DNA of 64,000 bases from Methanobacteriota archaeon (GCA_963787255.1 CAWBCJ010000018.1:64001-128000); one strand, 5' to 3'; positions 29,089 through 40,255 are shown, counted from the first letter of the stretch. The notes: generated by a model from the letters alone, not told the origin. Translations and numbers: made by a program.

Positions 29089-30579
29089 TTGATAAAACTT
29101 ATAGCCTTTGATCTTGATAATGTCTTGATAGACGGAGAAGCCATAGACGAAATTGGCAAAATAACAGGAATTCAAAACGAAATAGCAGAAATAACACAAA
29201 AAGCAATGGAAGGAGAACTTGATTTCGAAACTGCCCTTAAAGAAAGAGTAGCTTTACTTAAAGGGACACCAGTGGACGATATTAAAAAAGTTATCTATGA
29301 AGTTCCTCTTATGGAAGGCGCAAAAGAAGCGGTTTCTGAGCTTAAAAAGAGAGGATATAAAATTGCCACAATCAGTGGTAGTTTTGAAGTCATAGCTAAT
29401 CGAATGAAAGATGAATTAGATCTTGATTACACATTCTCTAACAAATTACATGAGGAAGACGGTGTTTTAACTGGAGAAGTTAGCGGACCTCTTGTAAGCG
29501 GTTCTAAAGCAGACGTGTTAAATGAAATAATAAAAACGGAGAACATATCTGCAGAAGAATGTGCAGCAGTTGGCGATGGTGCAAATGACATTTCAATGCT
29601 TGAAACTGTTAAATTAGGAATAGCTTTCAATGCAAAACCTGTTTTAAGGGATATTGCAGACATAGTAATTGAAAAAAGAGATTTAAGAGAACTTTTACCT
29701 TTATTTGAACAAGAAAAAAAAGTAGTAACTGACGAAAAGGACTCCAAATTGGATAAAGCTACCTTTAATGAACTACTTGCACAAAAAAGAGAATATGAAA
29801 AGAAACTCAGCCAACTTACAAAAGAGCGTGATGACTTAAACGAAGAGGCAAGATCCCAAAGACAAATAAGAGACGACTTAAATGCCAGCATAAAGGAAAA
29901 TTTAAGCAAAGCAATTGAATACAGGGACAAAAGGGACAAAACCAACGTAGAAGTTAAAAAATATAAAAAGCTCAGGGACGAAACCAATAACAAATTAAAA
30001 GCAATGGAATGGGAATCTGGAAGAAGAGACATTATTAACATTGAAAAAGAGATAAAAAAAATCGATAAAACCATTGAAACAAATGTACTGGACATAAGAA
30101 AAGAGAATGAACTTATTAAAAAAGTACAAGATCTGTCAAAACAACTCCAGGGAATGCATCAAGATGAAAAAGTTCAAAAAGAAGCACAGGAACTAAAGGA
30201 ATTATCAGAATCTTACCATTCTAAGGTTGTGGAGTTTTCAGACGAGGCTCAAATTACTCATGAAAAAATGCTTGAGTATTTCCAAAAAATAGATGGAATT
30301 CGAACCAAGGCTGATGAAGCACATAACAAGTTCATTGAAATTAAAAATAGTGCTTCCGAAAAGCATGAAGAAGTTAAGGAATCTTTAGGCCAAATACGCA
30401 AAATTAATAAGCGTTTAGATAAAGTAAGGGCTAAAAAACGAAACTTTGATAATGAAGCTACTAGTAAAAAGAATAAGAAGGAAAAAGAGCATGCAATGGA
30501 CATATATCAGAAATTTAAAGACGGTAAAAAGTTAAATACTGATGAACTCTTGCTTCTTCAAAAACATAACGTTATTTAA
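29089..30579 (+). CDS. serB: Phosphoserine phosphatase fused to a long archaeal coiled-coil domain
   Basis: HAD motifs FDLDNVL, SGSF, GDGAND; about 280-aa C-terminal coiled coil. Confidence 0.9.
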   Translation: MIKLIAFDLDNVLIDGEAIDEIGKITGIQNEIAEITQKAMEGELDFETALKERVALLKGTPVDDIKKVIYEVPLMEGAKEAVSELKKRGYKIATISGSFEVIANRMKDELDLDYTFSNKLHEEDGVLTGEVSGPLVSGSKADVLNEIIKTENISAEECAAVGDGANDISMLETVKLGIAFNAKPVLRDIADIVIEKRDLRELLPLFEQEKKVVTDEKDSKLDKATFNELLAQKREYEKKLSQLTKERDDLNEEARSQRQIRDDLNASIKENLSKAIEYRDKRDKTNVEVKKYKKLRDETNNKLKAMEWESGRRDIINIEKEIKKIDKTIETNVLDIRKENELIKKVQDLSKQLQGMHQDEKVQKEAQELKELSESYHSKVVEFSDEAQITHEKMLEYFQKIDGIRTKADEAHNKFIEIKNSASEKHEEVKESLGQIRKINKRLDKVRAKKRNFDNEATSKKNKKEKEHAMDIYQKFKDGKKLNTDELLLLQKHNVI

Positions 30580-30783
30580 TTCACATGAATTAATAACATA
30601 TTTCTTTTTTCAAATTGGTTAAAAATTTTTAAGTAGTATACTGCTACTTTTATGTTCTATTTTTTTTATTCAAAATTAAAATGAGGAAATAATATAAAAA
30701 TAAAGCTTCAATTTTTATCCACCTAAATTAATATAACCTAAATTTCTTTTTTAGTCCACATTGACTTTTAAAATCTTTATTTT

Positions 30784-31005
30784 TTAAAATTCTTCATATG
30801 AAGATGATTTTATATCCACAGTTCTTGGATTTCTTCCCATTTCAAGTATAAATTTATTAACTCTTTCCATCATGTCCACATAATCTTTTTTGGAGATTTT
30901 AAATCCTTCAATAATCACATGATCTGGCATTTTTCCATTGAGCTTTCTATATTCTATTATCTCTTCTACCATTTTTCTGTATTGTTTAAGGTTGACTCTC
31001 TCCAT
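30784..31005 (-). CDS. Small pseudomurein-binding-repeat protein
   Basis: Two repeats of Y..M.E.I..Y...NG.MP / Y.DM.ERV.KF....GRNP. Confidence 0.7.
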   Translation of the reverse strand: MERVNLKQYRKMVEEIIEYRKLNGKMPDHVIIEGFKISKKDYVDMMERVNKFILEMGRNPRTVDIKSSSYEEF

Positions 31006-31091
31006 TAAATCGCCATTTTCAAAGTTATTAAATATATGATTTTAATTGATTTTTCATATTATATCAATGTTTTCAATGGAATTTATCTTAT

Positions 31092-31886
31092 TTATTTTTG
31101 ATAAATATCTTGAATCTCTACTTTTGCATCTGGATCAAATGGATTTGTTCTTATCGCCAGTGAAAACAGGTAAGGATAGTTATTCATGAGATGTTCCATG
31201 TACTGTAACCATTCATAGACCAATAATGCGTATGCTCTTTCTGTATCAGTTGCAAGATGCCTATAATCGGCTTTAGGGAGATCATTTAGATCATCTCTAT
31301 TTTCAAGCTCTTCAGTTAAATGAAATACTGCCCAGAGAAGGTCTGTAAAAGTATCATGCTCCAGTAAGTTTGGGTTTGCAAGAAGACCTAACATAAAATC
31401 TCTTTTATTTATAAGGAAGGATTTTAATTCTTGAAGATAAACTAATGAATCAGGATTATCTTGTCCAATATAGACATCATAATTATAACTTTTAATTTTA
31501 TCACTAGCATCTAGGAAATCTTTTTTAGTCCAGCCATTGGTTATAATGAGTTTTTTCCTGATTTTTCCAGTCTTTGAATCAAAATCAGAAATTCCCTCTA
31601 GCAAATCTGTCCCTAATTCGCTGAAAAAGGATCCTATGACCATGTTTAATTTTTTTAGCAAGTTTCTTTTTTCTCTTTCACCTATTAGCCACTCTAAAAC
31701 AAGAACAATAATAAGAGCTTCTATAGGAATAAATGCTAAATCTATATGTAGATAAAATAAAGTGTGCTCAATATCTCCAAAAAGTAGAGCATTTGAAATG
31801 TATAGAATTGCGGCCAGTAAAATTAAAATTATACCTAAACGAACTCTCCAGCTTATATATTTTCTTAATTCCATTAACATCACCAT
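31092..31886 (-). CDS. Conserved hypothetical membrane protein
   Basis: Two N-terminal TMs; NPNLLEHDTFTDLLWAVFHL cytoplasmic domain. Confidence 0.8.
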   Translation of the reverse strand: MVMLMELRKYISWRVRLGIILILLAAILYISNALLFGDIEHTLFYLHIDLAFIPIEALIIVLVLEWLIGEREKRNLLKKLNMVIGSFFSELGTDLLEGISDFDSKTGKIRKKLIITNGWTKKDFLDASDKIKSYNYDVYIGQDNPDSLVYLQELKSFLINKRDFMLGLLANPNLLEHDTFTDLLWAVFHLTEELENRDDLNDLPKADYRHLATDTERAYALLVYEWLQYMEHLMNNYPYLFSLAIRTNPFDPDAKVEIQDIYQK

Positions 31887-31901
31887 TTAAATAAGTTTAA
31901 A

Positions 31902-32471
31902 TCATTTTTTTCCAGTAACAATGGTTATAGGATTATTTGCAATCATCATGGTTCCTCTTTCTATGAGTTTACCTTTTGAAATAGACACATTAACAACTTC
32001 TGCTGTCATTTCAAGATTTTTCATAGTTTTAATTGCTTCAACTGGAGTTTCAAGTAATATAGAGGTTACAATAATTTTTCCCTTTTTATTAATCTTTTTA
32101 AAACCTTCTTTTATTATTGCAGATAAATCACCGCTACTTCCTCCAATCATCAAAATATCAAAATTTTCAACATCTTTTAAAGCTTCAAGGGCATCTTTAT
32201 GTATTAATTTTACTTTATTACGTAAATTGTGTTTTTTAAGGTTTTTCTCGGTAATATTTAATGCATCTTTATTTTTATCCACGGCATATACAATTTTAGC
32301 TTTTTTTGCAAATTCTAAGGTTAGTCCACCTGTCCCGCAGCCAATGTCCATCACAACATCATCTGGTGATACTTCTGACTTACACATTACCAAGCATCTT
32401 ATTTCTTCCTTTGTGGGGCCAGGAACGTCTTTTGAAGTTATAAAATCTTTATCGTGAATCATTTCCATCAT
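31902..32471 (-). CDS. cbiT: Cobalt-precorrin-6B C15-methyltransferase
   Basis: GPTKEEIR, DIGCGTG, IGGS, ANNPITIV. Confidence 0.92.
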   Translation of the reverse strand: MMEMIHDKDFITSKDVPGPTKEEIRCLVMCKSEVSPDDVVMDIGCGTGGLTLEFAKKAKIVYAVDKNKDALNITEKNLKKHNLRNKVKLIHKDALEALKDVENFDILMIGGSSGDLSAIIKEGFKKINKKGKIIVTSILLETPVEAIKTMKNLEMTAEVVNVSISKGKLIERGTMMIANNPITIVTGKK

Positions 32472-32516
32472 TCAATTAGTTTTTTTTAATATGAAAAGTT
32501 AAATATGGCGTTTAAT

Positions 32517-33086
32517 TTAGGGTTTATCATTATGCCATCTTTTGAAAAGGTTATTGTCAATTTCAAGGACATCAAGTATTTTACCTACTACAAAATTGCA
32601 CACGTCATCAATATTTTCAGGTTTATGGTAAAATCCGGGCATTGCAGGAAGGATTATACCTCCTTCATTGCTTATTTTAAGCATATTTTCTAGATGAACG
32701 GATCGGAGGGGAGTTTCACGTGGCACGAGCACCAGTTTTCTTCTTTCCTTTAAAACTACATCTGCAGCCCTTGTAATTGTATTACTTGCATATCCTGTTG
32801 CTATTGCAGAAATAGTCTTCATTGTGCATGGTACTATAACCATAGAATTAAATCTAAAGGATCCGCTGTTTATGGAAGCAGTTAAGTCTTTAGGGTCATA
32901 AATAACTGTTGATAAATTTTTAATTTCATCTTCTTCCATGTTTAACTCGTATTTAAGGATAATTTTAGCAGGATCAGTTATTAAAAGTGCTGTATCTTCA
33001 TTCAGTTTCTTTAATTCTTCAAGGAGCCTTATTCCATATACAACTCCACTTGCTCCGGTAATTGCTACTACTATCATATATACCAC
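32517..33086 (-). CDS. ubiX: Flavin prenyltransferase
   Basis: TGASG, SGS, PCTMKT, RETP, PGFY. Confidence 0.95.
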   Translation of the reverse strand: MVYMIVVAITGASGVVYGIRLLEELKKLNEDTALLITDPAKIILKYELNMEEDEIKNLSTVIYDPKDLTASINSGSFRFNSMVIVPCTMKTISAIATGYASNTITRAADVVLKERRKLVLVPRETPLRSVHLENMLKISNEGGIILPAMPGFYHKPENIDDVCNFVVGKILDVLEIDNNLFKRWHNDKP

Positions 33087-33130
33087 TTTCTTTTATTTTA
33101 ATTAAATTATTTTTAATGACTTAATTAAGG

Positions 33131-34315
33131 TTAAAACCATTCTTTAATGTTTTTTTGCATTGTAAGTTCAAGATAATTTTCAAATGGGAATTTAGATGCT
33201 TTATCTGCAAATTCTTCAGGAACATAGATACATATGTCTGCATAATTAAATCTAACATTTTTTAGAGCACTTACGAGGCTTGATATCTCATTTAACTTTA
33301 CATACTCGTTACCTACAGATACCAGTGTTCTCATTTCATTAAAGAAAGGATATTCTGGAATGTCAATTATGGTATAATCTGAAGGAGATCCAAGGTCTTC
33401 AGCAATCTCCAGCTCGATTTTACTGATTTTACTGTCCTTAATCTTGAAAACATCCTTGGGCTCTTCAAGATCACTTAATTTTATTGAAAAAACTCTTTTA
33501 AATAAATCCCTGTTATCCAGACGGTTTATAACATCCTTTATCTTGCCTTCATGTGTTCTTGCTATAGAAACAATATCTGAATCGTCATATTGATAAATGG
33601 TTTTGGGATCAACAGTTCCCGCTTCAAATAACCATTTCATGCACCGTCTAAACATTGAATTGATTATACGTGTGGTATGGTGCTGATAAACGCTGGGATA
33701 CATTAAATATCTTGCAATAAGCGCTGATTCTGCGGCTTGAATTCCTTTTGCCTCGATAATTAGATTATCTTCTAGTTTCATTGAGTGAATGAGTCTTCCA
33801 GTATCAATTGTTCCATAAGCAACTCCAGTATAATGAGAATCCCTTATAAGATAATCCATCCGGTCAGCATCAAGTTCACCGCTGATTATTTGACCTAAAG
33901 GTCCTTTCCCGTTAATTATATCTATTATTTCATTTGGATCAAAAGATTCTGATAAAATATTGGATAAATTACTTTCTTTAATTAGCCTAGAAGTCAGATA
34001 TTCATGTGGAGAATCAAGAACTCCTTCTGAGACGTGTGAAAATGGCCCGTGCCCTACATCGTGTAATAGTGCTGCCGAACGGACCATTTTTTTTTCAGTA
34101 TCATCCAGTTCAACAGTATCGGCTATTTGGGATGCTATGTGCAATGTCCCGATTGAATGCTCAAAACGGGAATGATTTGCGCCGGGATAAACGAGATAGG
34201 TGAATCCGAGCTGTTTTATTCTTCGCAAGCGCTGCATTTGAGGTTTATCTACCAGTTTAATCTCAAATTCATCGAGATATAGATTTCCATGGACGCTGTC
34301 CCGTATAAGTTTCAA
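33131..34315 (-). CDS. HD-domain phosphohydrolase (dNTPase-like)
   Basis: RLRRIKQLG, HSRFEHS, LLHDVGHGPFSH, DADRMDY. Confidence 0.92.
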   Translation of the reverse strand: MKLIRDSVHGNLYLDEFEIKLVDKPQMQRLRRIKQLGFTYLVYPGANHSRFEHSIGTLHIASQIADTVELDDTEKKMVRSAALLHDVGHGPFSHVSEGVLDSPHEYLTSRLIKESNLSNILSESFDPNEIIDIINGKGPLGQIISGELDADRMDYLIRDSHYTGVAYGTIDTGRLIHSMKLEDNLIIEAKGIQAAESALIARYLMYPSVYQHHTTRIINSMFRRCMKWLFEAGTVDPKTIYQYDDSDIVSIARTHEGKIKDVINRLDNRDLFKRVFSIKLSDLEEPKDVFKIKDSKISKIELEIAEDLGSPSDYTIIDIPEYPFFNEMRTLVSVGNEYVKLNEISSLVSALKNVRFNYADICIYVPEEFADKASKFPFENYLELTMQKNIKEWF

Positions 34316-34374
34316 AAAAGTCCTCCAAAATAAAATTTAAGGATTTTATTTTAATTAATCTTTAATATAATGTG

Positions 34375-34815
34375 CTATCCTCCAGACATTATAATATTTG
34401 TTCCAGATTCAGTAAGTTCCTCTTTTTTAAAGTCAAGATCGAATTTAATGCGTTCAATTGTTTCTTTTAATGCATCTAAACTTTGGCCTCTATGCCCTCC
34501 AGCTACAACAACTAGTAAAAGTGAATCTCCGGTATAAAATTCGCCTATATAATGCACTGCGGCAATTTCAGTAACTCCAAATTTGTTAGTGATTTCAGTT
34601 ATAATTTCTTTAAGTTCTTTTTCTGTTTTTGCAATGTCTGGAGTGCTGAGGTTCAATTGTTTGACTTTAATATCCTCTTCTTCCCCTCTTACAATTCCTT
34701 CGAAAGTGAATACTGCTCCGCAACGGTCAATATGTGGATTCTTTTTTACTGCTTTTATAAGGTCAGAAATGGTTACTTTTTCTTCGTCTTTTTTAATGAT
34801 CTTAACATTTTGCAT
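34375..34815 (-). CDS. moaE: Molybdopterin synthase catalytic subunit
   Basis: GAVFTFEGIVR, H..G, GGHR, KKE. Confidence 0.88.
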   Translation of the reverse strand: MQNVKIIKKDEEKVTISDLIKAVKKNPHIDRCGAVFTFEGIVRGEEEDIKVKQLNLSTPDIAKTEKELKEIITEITNKFGVTEIAAVHYIGEFYTGDSLLLVVVAGGHRGQSLDALKETIERIKFDLDFKKEELTESGTNIIMSGG

Positions 34816-34835
34816 CTTATCACCTAAATTAAGCT

Positions 34836-35396
<561 letters not shown>

Positions 35397-35785
35397 TTAA
35401 TATTTAAGTATAAAAATTGATTTTAATTTAATAATCTATTATTATTTTTTTATAAAATGGAATGCAGTTAGTTACGATAGTAATAACTGTGATTACTATT
35501 TTAACAGTATTTATATATTAATTAATTTATCATTGCAGTGAAAAGATATTTTTTTTATTAATTTTCGATAGAATCGCCAATACTATGTATTCGCTTCATT
35601 GCATTGTCATATTCCATTTGATAATCAAAATTAAAACCGTTTTAATTATATAATATTTCTATTTTCATGATGTCAGTAAAAAAAACTTAATATATATTTC
35701 GTTATACACTTGCAAGTTATCTTAAAATTAGTGTTTACTTATCCTCAACCTTAATATCTAGTTCAAATTTATTTTTTCATGATTT

Positions 35786-35820
35786 TCAAGGATAGACATC
35801 CTGTTTGGATGCCTCCTTGA
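35786..35820 (-). terminator. Long hairpin 3' of the DUF2795 gene
   Basis: TCAAGG..GACATCC-TGTTT-GGATGCC..CCTTGA, 19 nt past the stop codon. Confidence 0.5.
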
Positions 35821-35838
35821 CAATTTAAGCTTAAATAT

Positions 35839-36033
35839 TTATTTCATTTTTCCAATAGCTTTGCTAATGTCCACTGGAGAATTAAACTGTTTATCTGGTA
35901 CGTTTTCTAAAATATTTAAAACATCATCATTAGCATTATTGCTTTCGGCCTGCTGTAATAAATCTTGTTTACTTGCAGGAAATTTAATTCCTTTAATAGA
36001 TTTTTCTACCTTTGCTGGACTAACTCTAACCAT
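35839..36033 (-). CDS. DUF2795 family protein
   Basis: GIKFPASKQDL...NAN...P...FNSPVD; GGAGGTG RBS. Confidence 0.88.
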   Translation of the reverse strand: MVRVSPAKVEKSIKGIKFPASKQDLLQQAESNNANDDVLNILENVPDKQFNSPVDISKAIGKMK

Positions 36034-36372
36034 AATTTCACCTCCATTTTATGTTATCTCATTATAAGATAACTTTGAAAAATAATTTATCAATTAAAAT
36101 TTGTTAAATAGTTATTTTAATCTCTTATAACTCTCTTTTTTTCATTTAATGTATTTTAGTACAATCGGTTGTATTCATTTTTGAATGTAGAGATTTAAGT
36201 AATTTACTATATTTTCGTGAAAAAGTAATACTCTCTTCTAAATGTAGAAATTATTATGTTCATAGTCAACATTATTAAAATCCAATTGAATATAGAAAAA
36301 CTATTATAATACCAGTACATACTACTATTACACTTATTAAGGTCATATTTTTTTTAATAATGGTGATTATCA

Positions 36373-38079
36373 ATGATAGAAGTCAAAAACTTATCAAAAA
36401 CATTCCAAATAGAAAACGGGGAAAAAATAGAAGCTCTAAAAGATATTAATCTTAATGTTAAAGACGGGGAAATCCTAGGAATCATAGGAATGAGCGGATC
36501 AGGAAAAAGCACACTTTTAAGAACACTTAGAGGCGTTGAACCATTCGATGAAGGTGAGATAATTCTAGACGACATTAAGGTGAAATCAGATTCAAATCCT
36601 TACAATTTTACAAAGCTTAAAAGAGCAACCGCAATTCATCTTCAAAGGTCATTTGGTTTATGGGGGGAAACAAGTCTTCAAAATGTAATAAGAAAATTTG
36701 CCGGCGCTAAATACGGTGATGAATCAATTCAGGATTTTGATGAAGCACAAAAAGAATTTAAAGAACCAGCAATGGAAATACTTAAAGCAGTAGGCCTTGA
36801 TCACAAAGCTGACCATTTTGCACCAGTACTAAGTGGAGGCGAAAAACAAAGACTTATAATGGCAAGACAACTTGCAAAACATCCTAAAGTACTCCTCCTT
36901 GATGAACCTGCTACAATGTCATGTCCAAAGACAAAACAAGAAATTTTAAGCGCTATAAAGAATATTAATAAAAAATTTGGCATTACCGTAGTTCTGGTTT
37001 CTCACCTGCCTGAAGTTCACAGATACCTGGCAGATAGATTAGTTTTAATGGAAAATGGTAGAATTGTTGACGAAGGTGCTCCCGAAAAGATAATTCCTGA
37101 ATTTAAAAAGAATATGGAACCTACCGAACCTTTAGCAGACCCTGAAAATATTGGACAACCCATAATTAAAGTTGAAAACCTGGACAAGAAATTTTTCCTC
37201 ATAAAAGGTGGAAACACCCTCCATATTAATGATGTTAACTTTGATATCAAGAAAGGAGAAATTGTATCTTTAATAGGATCCAGCGGTGCAGGAAAAACTA
37301 TTCTTCTTCGTCTAGTAGCTGGTTTTGATTTTCCAGATTCAGGAAACGTACTTTTCAAATTAAATGGTAAATGGGTTAACATGCAGGATCTTGGACTTGA
37401 AAGAATGCAGATAAGACGTAAAATAGGTTTCATGCACCAGGAATTTTCACTTACCCATTTTGCAACTGTAAAAGATCAAATAGCATCACGGCTAGGGATA
37501 AAAGATCAAAACGTCCTGGTAAAAGCACGTAAAAAAGCTGAAGAGATGGGAATTAGTGATAAAATACTGGATATTCTCTATCAACTCACTGATCTTCCAG
37601 AAAGTGAGGCTAAGTCTCAATTAGAGAAAATCGGAATTTCATCAAGTGTTCTGGAAATTTTATTCCCTAAATTCCCGGATAAAGAGGTTAAAAAATATGC
37701 TGAACCTGTTTTTAAAGCACTTGATCTGCCTATGGAAATATTGGACAGAAAATCTTACGAATTATCCGGTGGACAAAAGGTTAGGGCTACACTTGCACTC
37801 GTTTTAACATCTAATCCAGAAATTTTAATATTAGACGAGCCATTTGGTGATCTAGATCCTATCACACTAAGAATGATTTCAAATTCTCTTAAGCGAATAA
37901 ATAAAGAATTTAACACAACAATATTAATGGTAAGCCATCATATGGATTTTGTTAAGGAAGTTACAACCCGAGTTTTAATGATTGATAACGGAAAGCTTGT
38001 AGAAGATGGTGATCCTCAAAAAGTCAGCAACAAGTTCCTCAAAGAGTGTAACGCAGGATATTTAATACAAAATGATTAA
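36373..38079 (+). CDS. atwA: Dual-ABC ATPase, methyl-coenzyme M reductase component A2 (AtwA)-like
   Basis: Two ABC cassettes (GMSGSGKS, GSSGAGKT), AIHLQRSFGLW, LSGGEKQR, DEPFGDLDPIT; no TM partner. Confidence 0.75.
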   Translation: MIEVKNLSKTFQIENGEKIEALKDINLNVKDGEILGIIGMSGSGKSTLLRTLRGVEPFDEGEIILDDIKVKSDSNPYNFTKLKRATAIHLQRSFGLWGETSLQNVIRKFAGAKYGDESIQDFDEAQKEFKEPAMEILKAVGLDHKADHFAPVLSGGEKQRLIMARQLAKHPKVLLLDEPATMSCPKTKQEILSAIKNINKKFGITVVLVSHLPEVHRYLADRLVLMENGRIVDEGAPEKIIPEFKKNMEPTEPLADPENIGQPIIKVENLDKKFFLIKGGNTLHINDVNFDIKKGEIVSLIGSSGAGKTILLRLVAGFDFPDSGNVLFKLNGKWVNMQDLGLERMQIRRKIGFMHQEFSLTHFATVKDQIASRLGIKDQNVLVKARKKAEEMGISDKILDILYQLTDLPESEAKSQLEKIGISSSVLEILFPKFPDKEVKKYAEPVFKALDLPMEILDRKSYELSGGQKVRATLALVLTSNPEILILDEPFGDLDPITLRMISNSLKRINKEFNTTILMVSHHMDFVKEVTTRVLMIDNGKLVEDGDPQKVSNKFLKECNAGYLIQND

Positions 38080-38136
38080 ATCTTTGTATTCACATAATAA
38101 TAGATTATAGAAAAAAAAATTTCAGGTAGTTTTTAA

Positions 38137-38688
38137 ATGGTCTTTGAAGAAATTGACAATAAGAATGCTTATAGAATACTTGCACCTCGACCCACAATAA
38201 TTGTAACCACAGTAAACAATAGTGGAGAAGTTAACGCTGCTCCATTTTCTTTTACCATGCCCGTTTCAATGAACCCCCCATTAATAGCATTTGCATCAGT
38301 CATTACTCATCATACATATAAAAATATTGATGAAACTGGTGAATTCGTGGTTAATATTCCCAATGAAGATATATTAAAAGAATTATGGATCACTGGCGAG
38401 AAATTCCCACAAGACGTGAATGAAATTGAAAAAGCAGGTCTAACCCAGATACCCTCAAAAAAAGTAGCACCACCAAAAATAAAAGAATGCATTGCATCTA
38501 TTGAATGCAAGGTAAAATGGATTAAAAAAGCAGGAGATCACGATGTAATAATTGGAGAATCAATTTATGCTGAAGTTCAGGAAAATATACTTAAAAACGG
38601 TCTTCTTGACGTGGAAAAAGTAAAACCAATTTTACATTTAGGTGGAGTGAATTTTGTAGTGGGAGATCATCTAAAAAAGGTAGAATAA
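38137..38688 (+). CDS. Flavin reductase-like (flavoredoxin) protein
   Basis: PRP, NAAPFS, TGEFVVNIP, GDH. Confidence 0.9.
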   Translation: MVFEEIDNKNAYRILAPRPTIIVTTVNNSGEVNAAPFSFTMPVSMNPPLIAFASVITHHTYKNIDETGEFVVNIPNEDILKELWITGEKFPQDVNEIEKAGLTQIPSKKVAPPKIKECIASIECKVKWIKKAGDHDVIIGESIYAEVQENILKNGLLDVEKVKPILHLGGVNFVVGDHLKKVE

Positions 38689-38751
38689 AATTTTTTTCTA
38701 TAAATCATTCAATAAAAAAAAATTATTGTTCATTAATTTAGAGGTGTATAA

Positions 38752-39147
38752 ATGTTTAAAACTATAATGGTTCCAACAGATGGCTCTGAATTTGCTCAAA
38801 AAGCTGAAGACATTGCAATTTCCATTGCAGCTAAATATGATGCCAAAATAATTGGTGTTTATGTTATAGACGATAAGTTAATTTATCCATATGAAGTTCT
38901 TGAAGACGAGGGAAAGGATGTTTTAAAGAACTTGAGTTCCAAGGCAAAAAAAGAGGGCATAGTAGTTGATGAAATACTTGTAGTTGGAAACCCTGCTAAA
39001 GATCTGATTATTATCACCGGAAGAATGAAACCAGACTTGGTGATTATTGGAACCCATAGTAAAAAAGGATTAGAGAAATTACTACTTGGAAGCGTGGCTG
39101 AAAACGTTTTAAAGAAAGTAGAAACTCCTGTATTACTGGTTAAATAA
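38752..39147 (+). CDS. Universal stress protein
   Basis: IMVPTDGS, GT...G....LLGSVAE.V....PVLLV. Confidence 0.93.
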   Translation: MFKTIMVPTDGSEFAQKAEDIAISIAAKYDAKIIGVYVIDDKLIYPYEVLEDEGKDVLKNLSSKAKKEGIVVDEILVVGNPAKDLIIITGRMKPDLVIIGTHSKKGLEKLLLGSVAENVLKKVETPVLLVK

Positions 39148-39490
39148 TCAATTTCTTTTATTTAATAAATTCCATTAAAATTTTTTAAATTGTTTTAAGG
39201 ACAATATTCACGCTAGAAGATTATTTATATAATTATATCAGATTTAGATGTATCTAGAACTGATATGCAGGGTATGAAAAGCTTATTAAAAGAAATAAAA
39301 ACTTGTCTGATTAAAAAAACTGAGTTATTCATAGCATTGTGGGATTAAATACTGCTGAAGTTCTTATTATTTGCTCCTTTAGACATACATATACGTCTTG
39401 CTATATTAAGAGGAGTGATTGCTTTTAACATATTTAAAACAAAGTATTTAGTTGAAACTAAATAAAATTTAAGAAAGTTGGTCTAATACT

Positions 39491-39922
39491 ATGAGACTAT
39501 GGAGTCTAAATCCAAAATATCTTGACGTAAAAGGTCTTAACGGCGTGTGGCGTGAGGGAATAATGGCACGAAATGCTCTTTTAGGTATTAAGAAAGGCTA
39601 CCTTAATCATCCGCAGCTTGAAAGATTTAAAAAACAGGAAAATCCTGTTCTTTTTATTGACACATATCTTTTAAATGTTTATAAAGAATCTATAAATAGG
39701 AAATACAATTTTAATAGAGAAAAATTCGGCTTAAATTTTACTGATTCTAAAATCGATGTTACTGAAGGTCAGATTCTCTATGAATTTAAACATTTAAAGC
39801 GTAAACTCAAAATAAGAGATAGGGATAAATATGAAGAATTAAAAAGAATTAAATTTCCAGATGTAAATCCTGTTTTTAAAGTTATTAAAGGGGATATAGA
39901 GTCATGGGAAAGACCATATTAA
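39491..39922 (+). CDS. Pyrimidine-dimer DNA glycosylase family protein
   Basis: MRLWSLNPKYLD..GL...WRE, GY.NHPQL.RF. Confidence 0.85.
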   Translation: MRLWSLNPKYLDVKGLNGVWREGIMARNALLGIKKGYLNHPQLERFKKQENPVLFIDTYLLNVYKESINRKYNFNREKFGLNFTDSKIDVTEGQILYEFKHLKRKLKIRDRDKYEELKRIKFPDVNPVFKVIKGDIESWERPY

Positions 39923-40087
39923 CAAAATTAATTTAACTATATTTTTTGGAACTATTTTTTTTCCTTATTTTACTTAATTGACTTAAATAAAACAACTTAA
40001 TCATGCAATATTTTATTAATACAAAAATACAAAATTAACATAATATAACCAGAAAAAAATGTTTTAAAATAGAAATAGGTGAAATTC

Positions 40088-40255
40088 ATGGCAAAAAGAT
40101 ATTACTGTGGTATTTGTGGATACATATACGACCCTGAAAAGGGCGAACCTCGAAAAGAAATAACCCCTGGCACTTCATTTGAAGATCTACCTGATCTATG
40201 GAGATGCCCAAGCTGCGGAGCAGGTAAAATTAGATTTAGAGTGAAGGATAGATAA
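40088..40255 (+). CDS. rub: Rubredoxin 1 (basic variant, 55 aa)
   Basis: [19 protein letters not shown]...[20 protein letters not shown]; AGGTG RBS; absent from ORF track. Confidence 0.93.
   Translation: MAKRYYCGICGYIYDPEKGEPRKEITPGTSFEDLPDLWRCPSCGAGKIRFRVKDR

Noticed and set aside
29427-30095. 222-aa Ser/Leu/Phe-rich antisense ORF, and similar shadows over cdc48, ahcY, cbiT, aksA and tbp
   Set aside because: Typical reverse-frame shadows of Lys/Glu-rich genes; no independent coding signals.
39200-39465. Coding-like fragments between the USP gene and the glycosylase
   Set aside because: Possibly a decayed membrane-protein gene, but no recognisable family or consistent frame.
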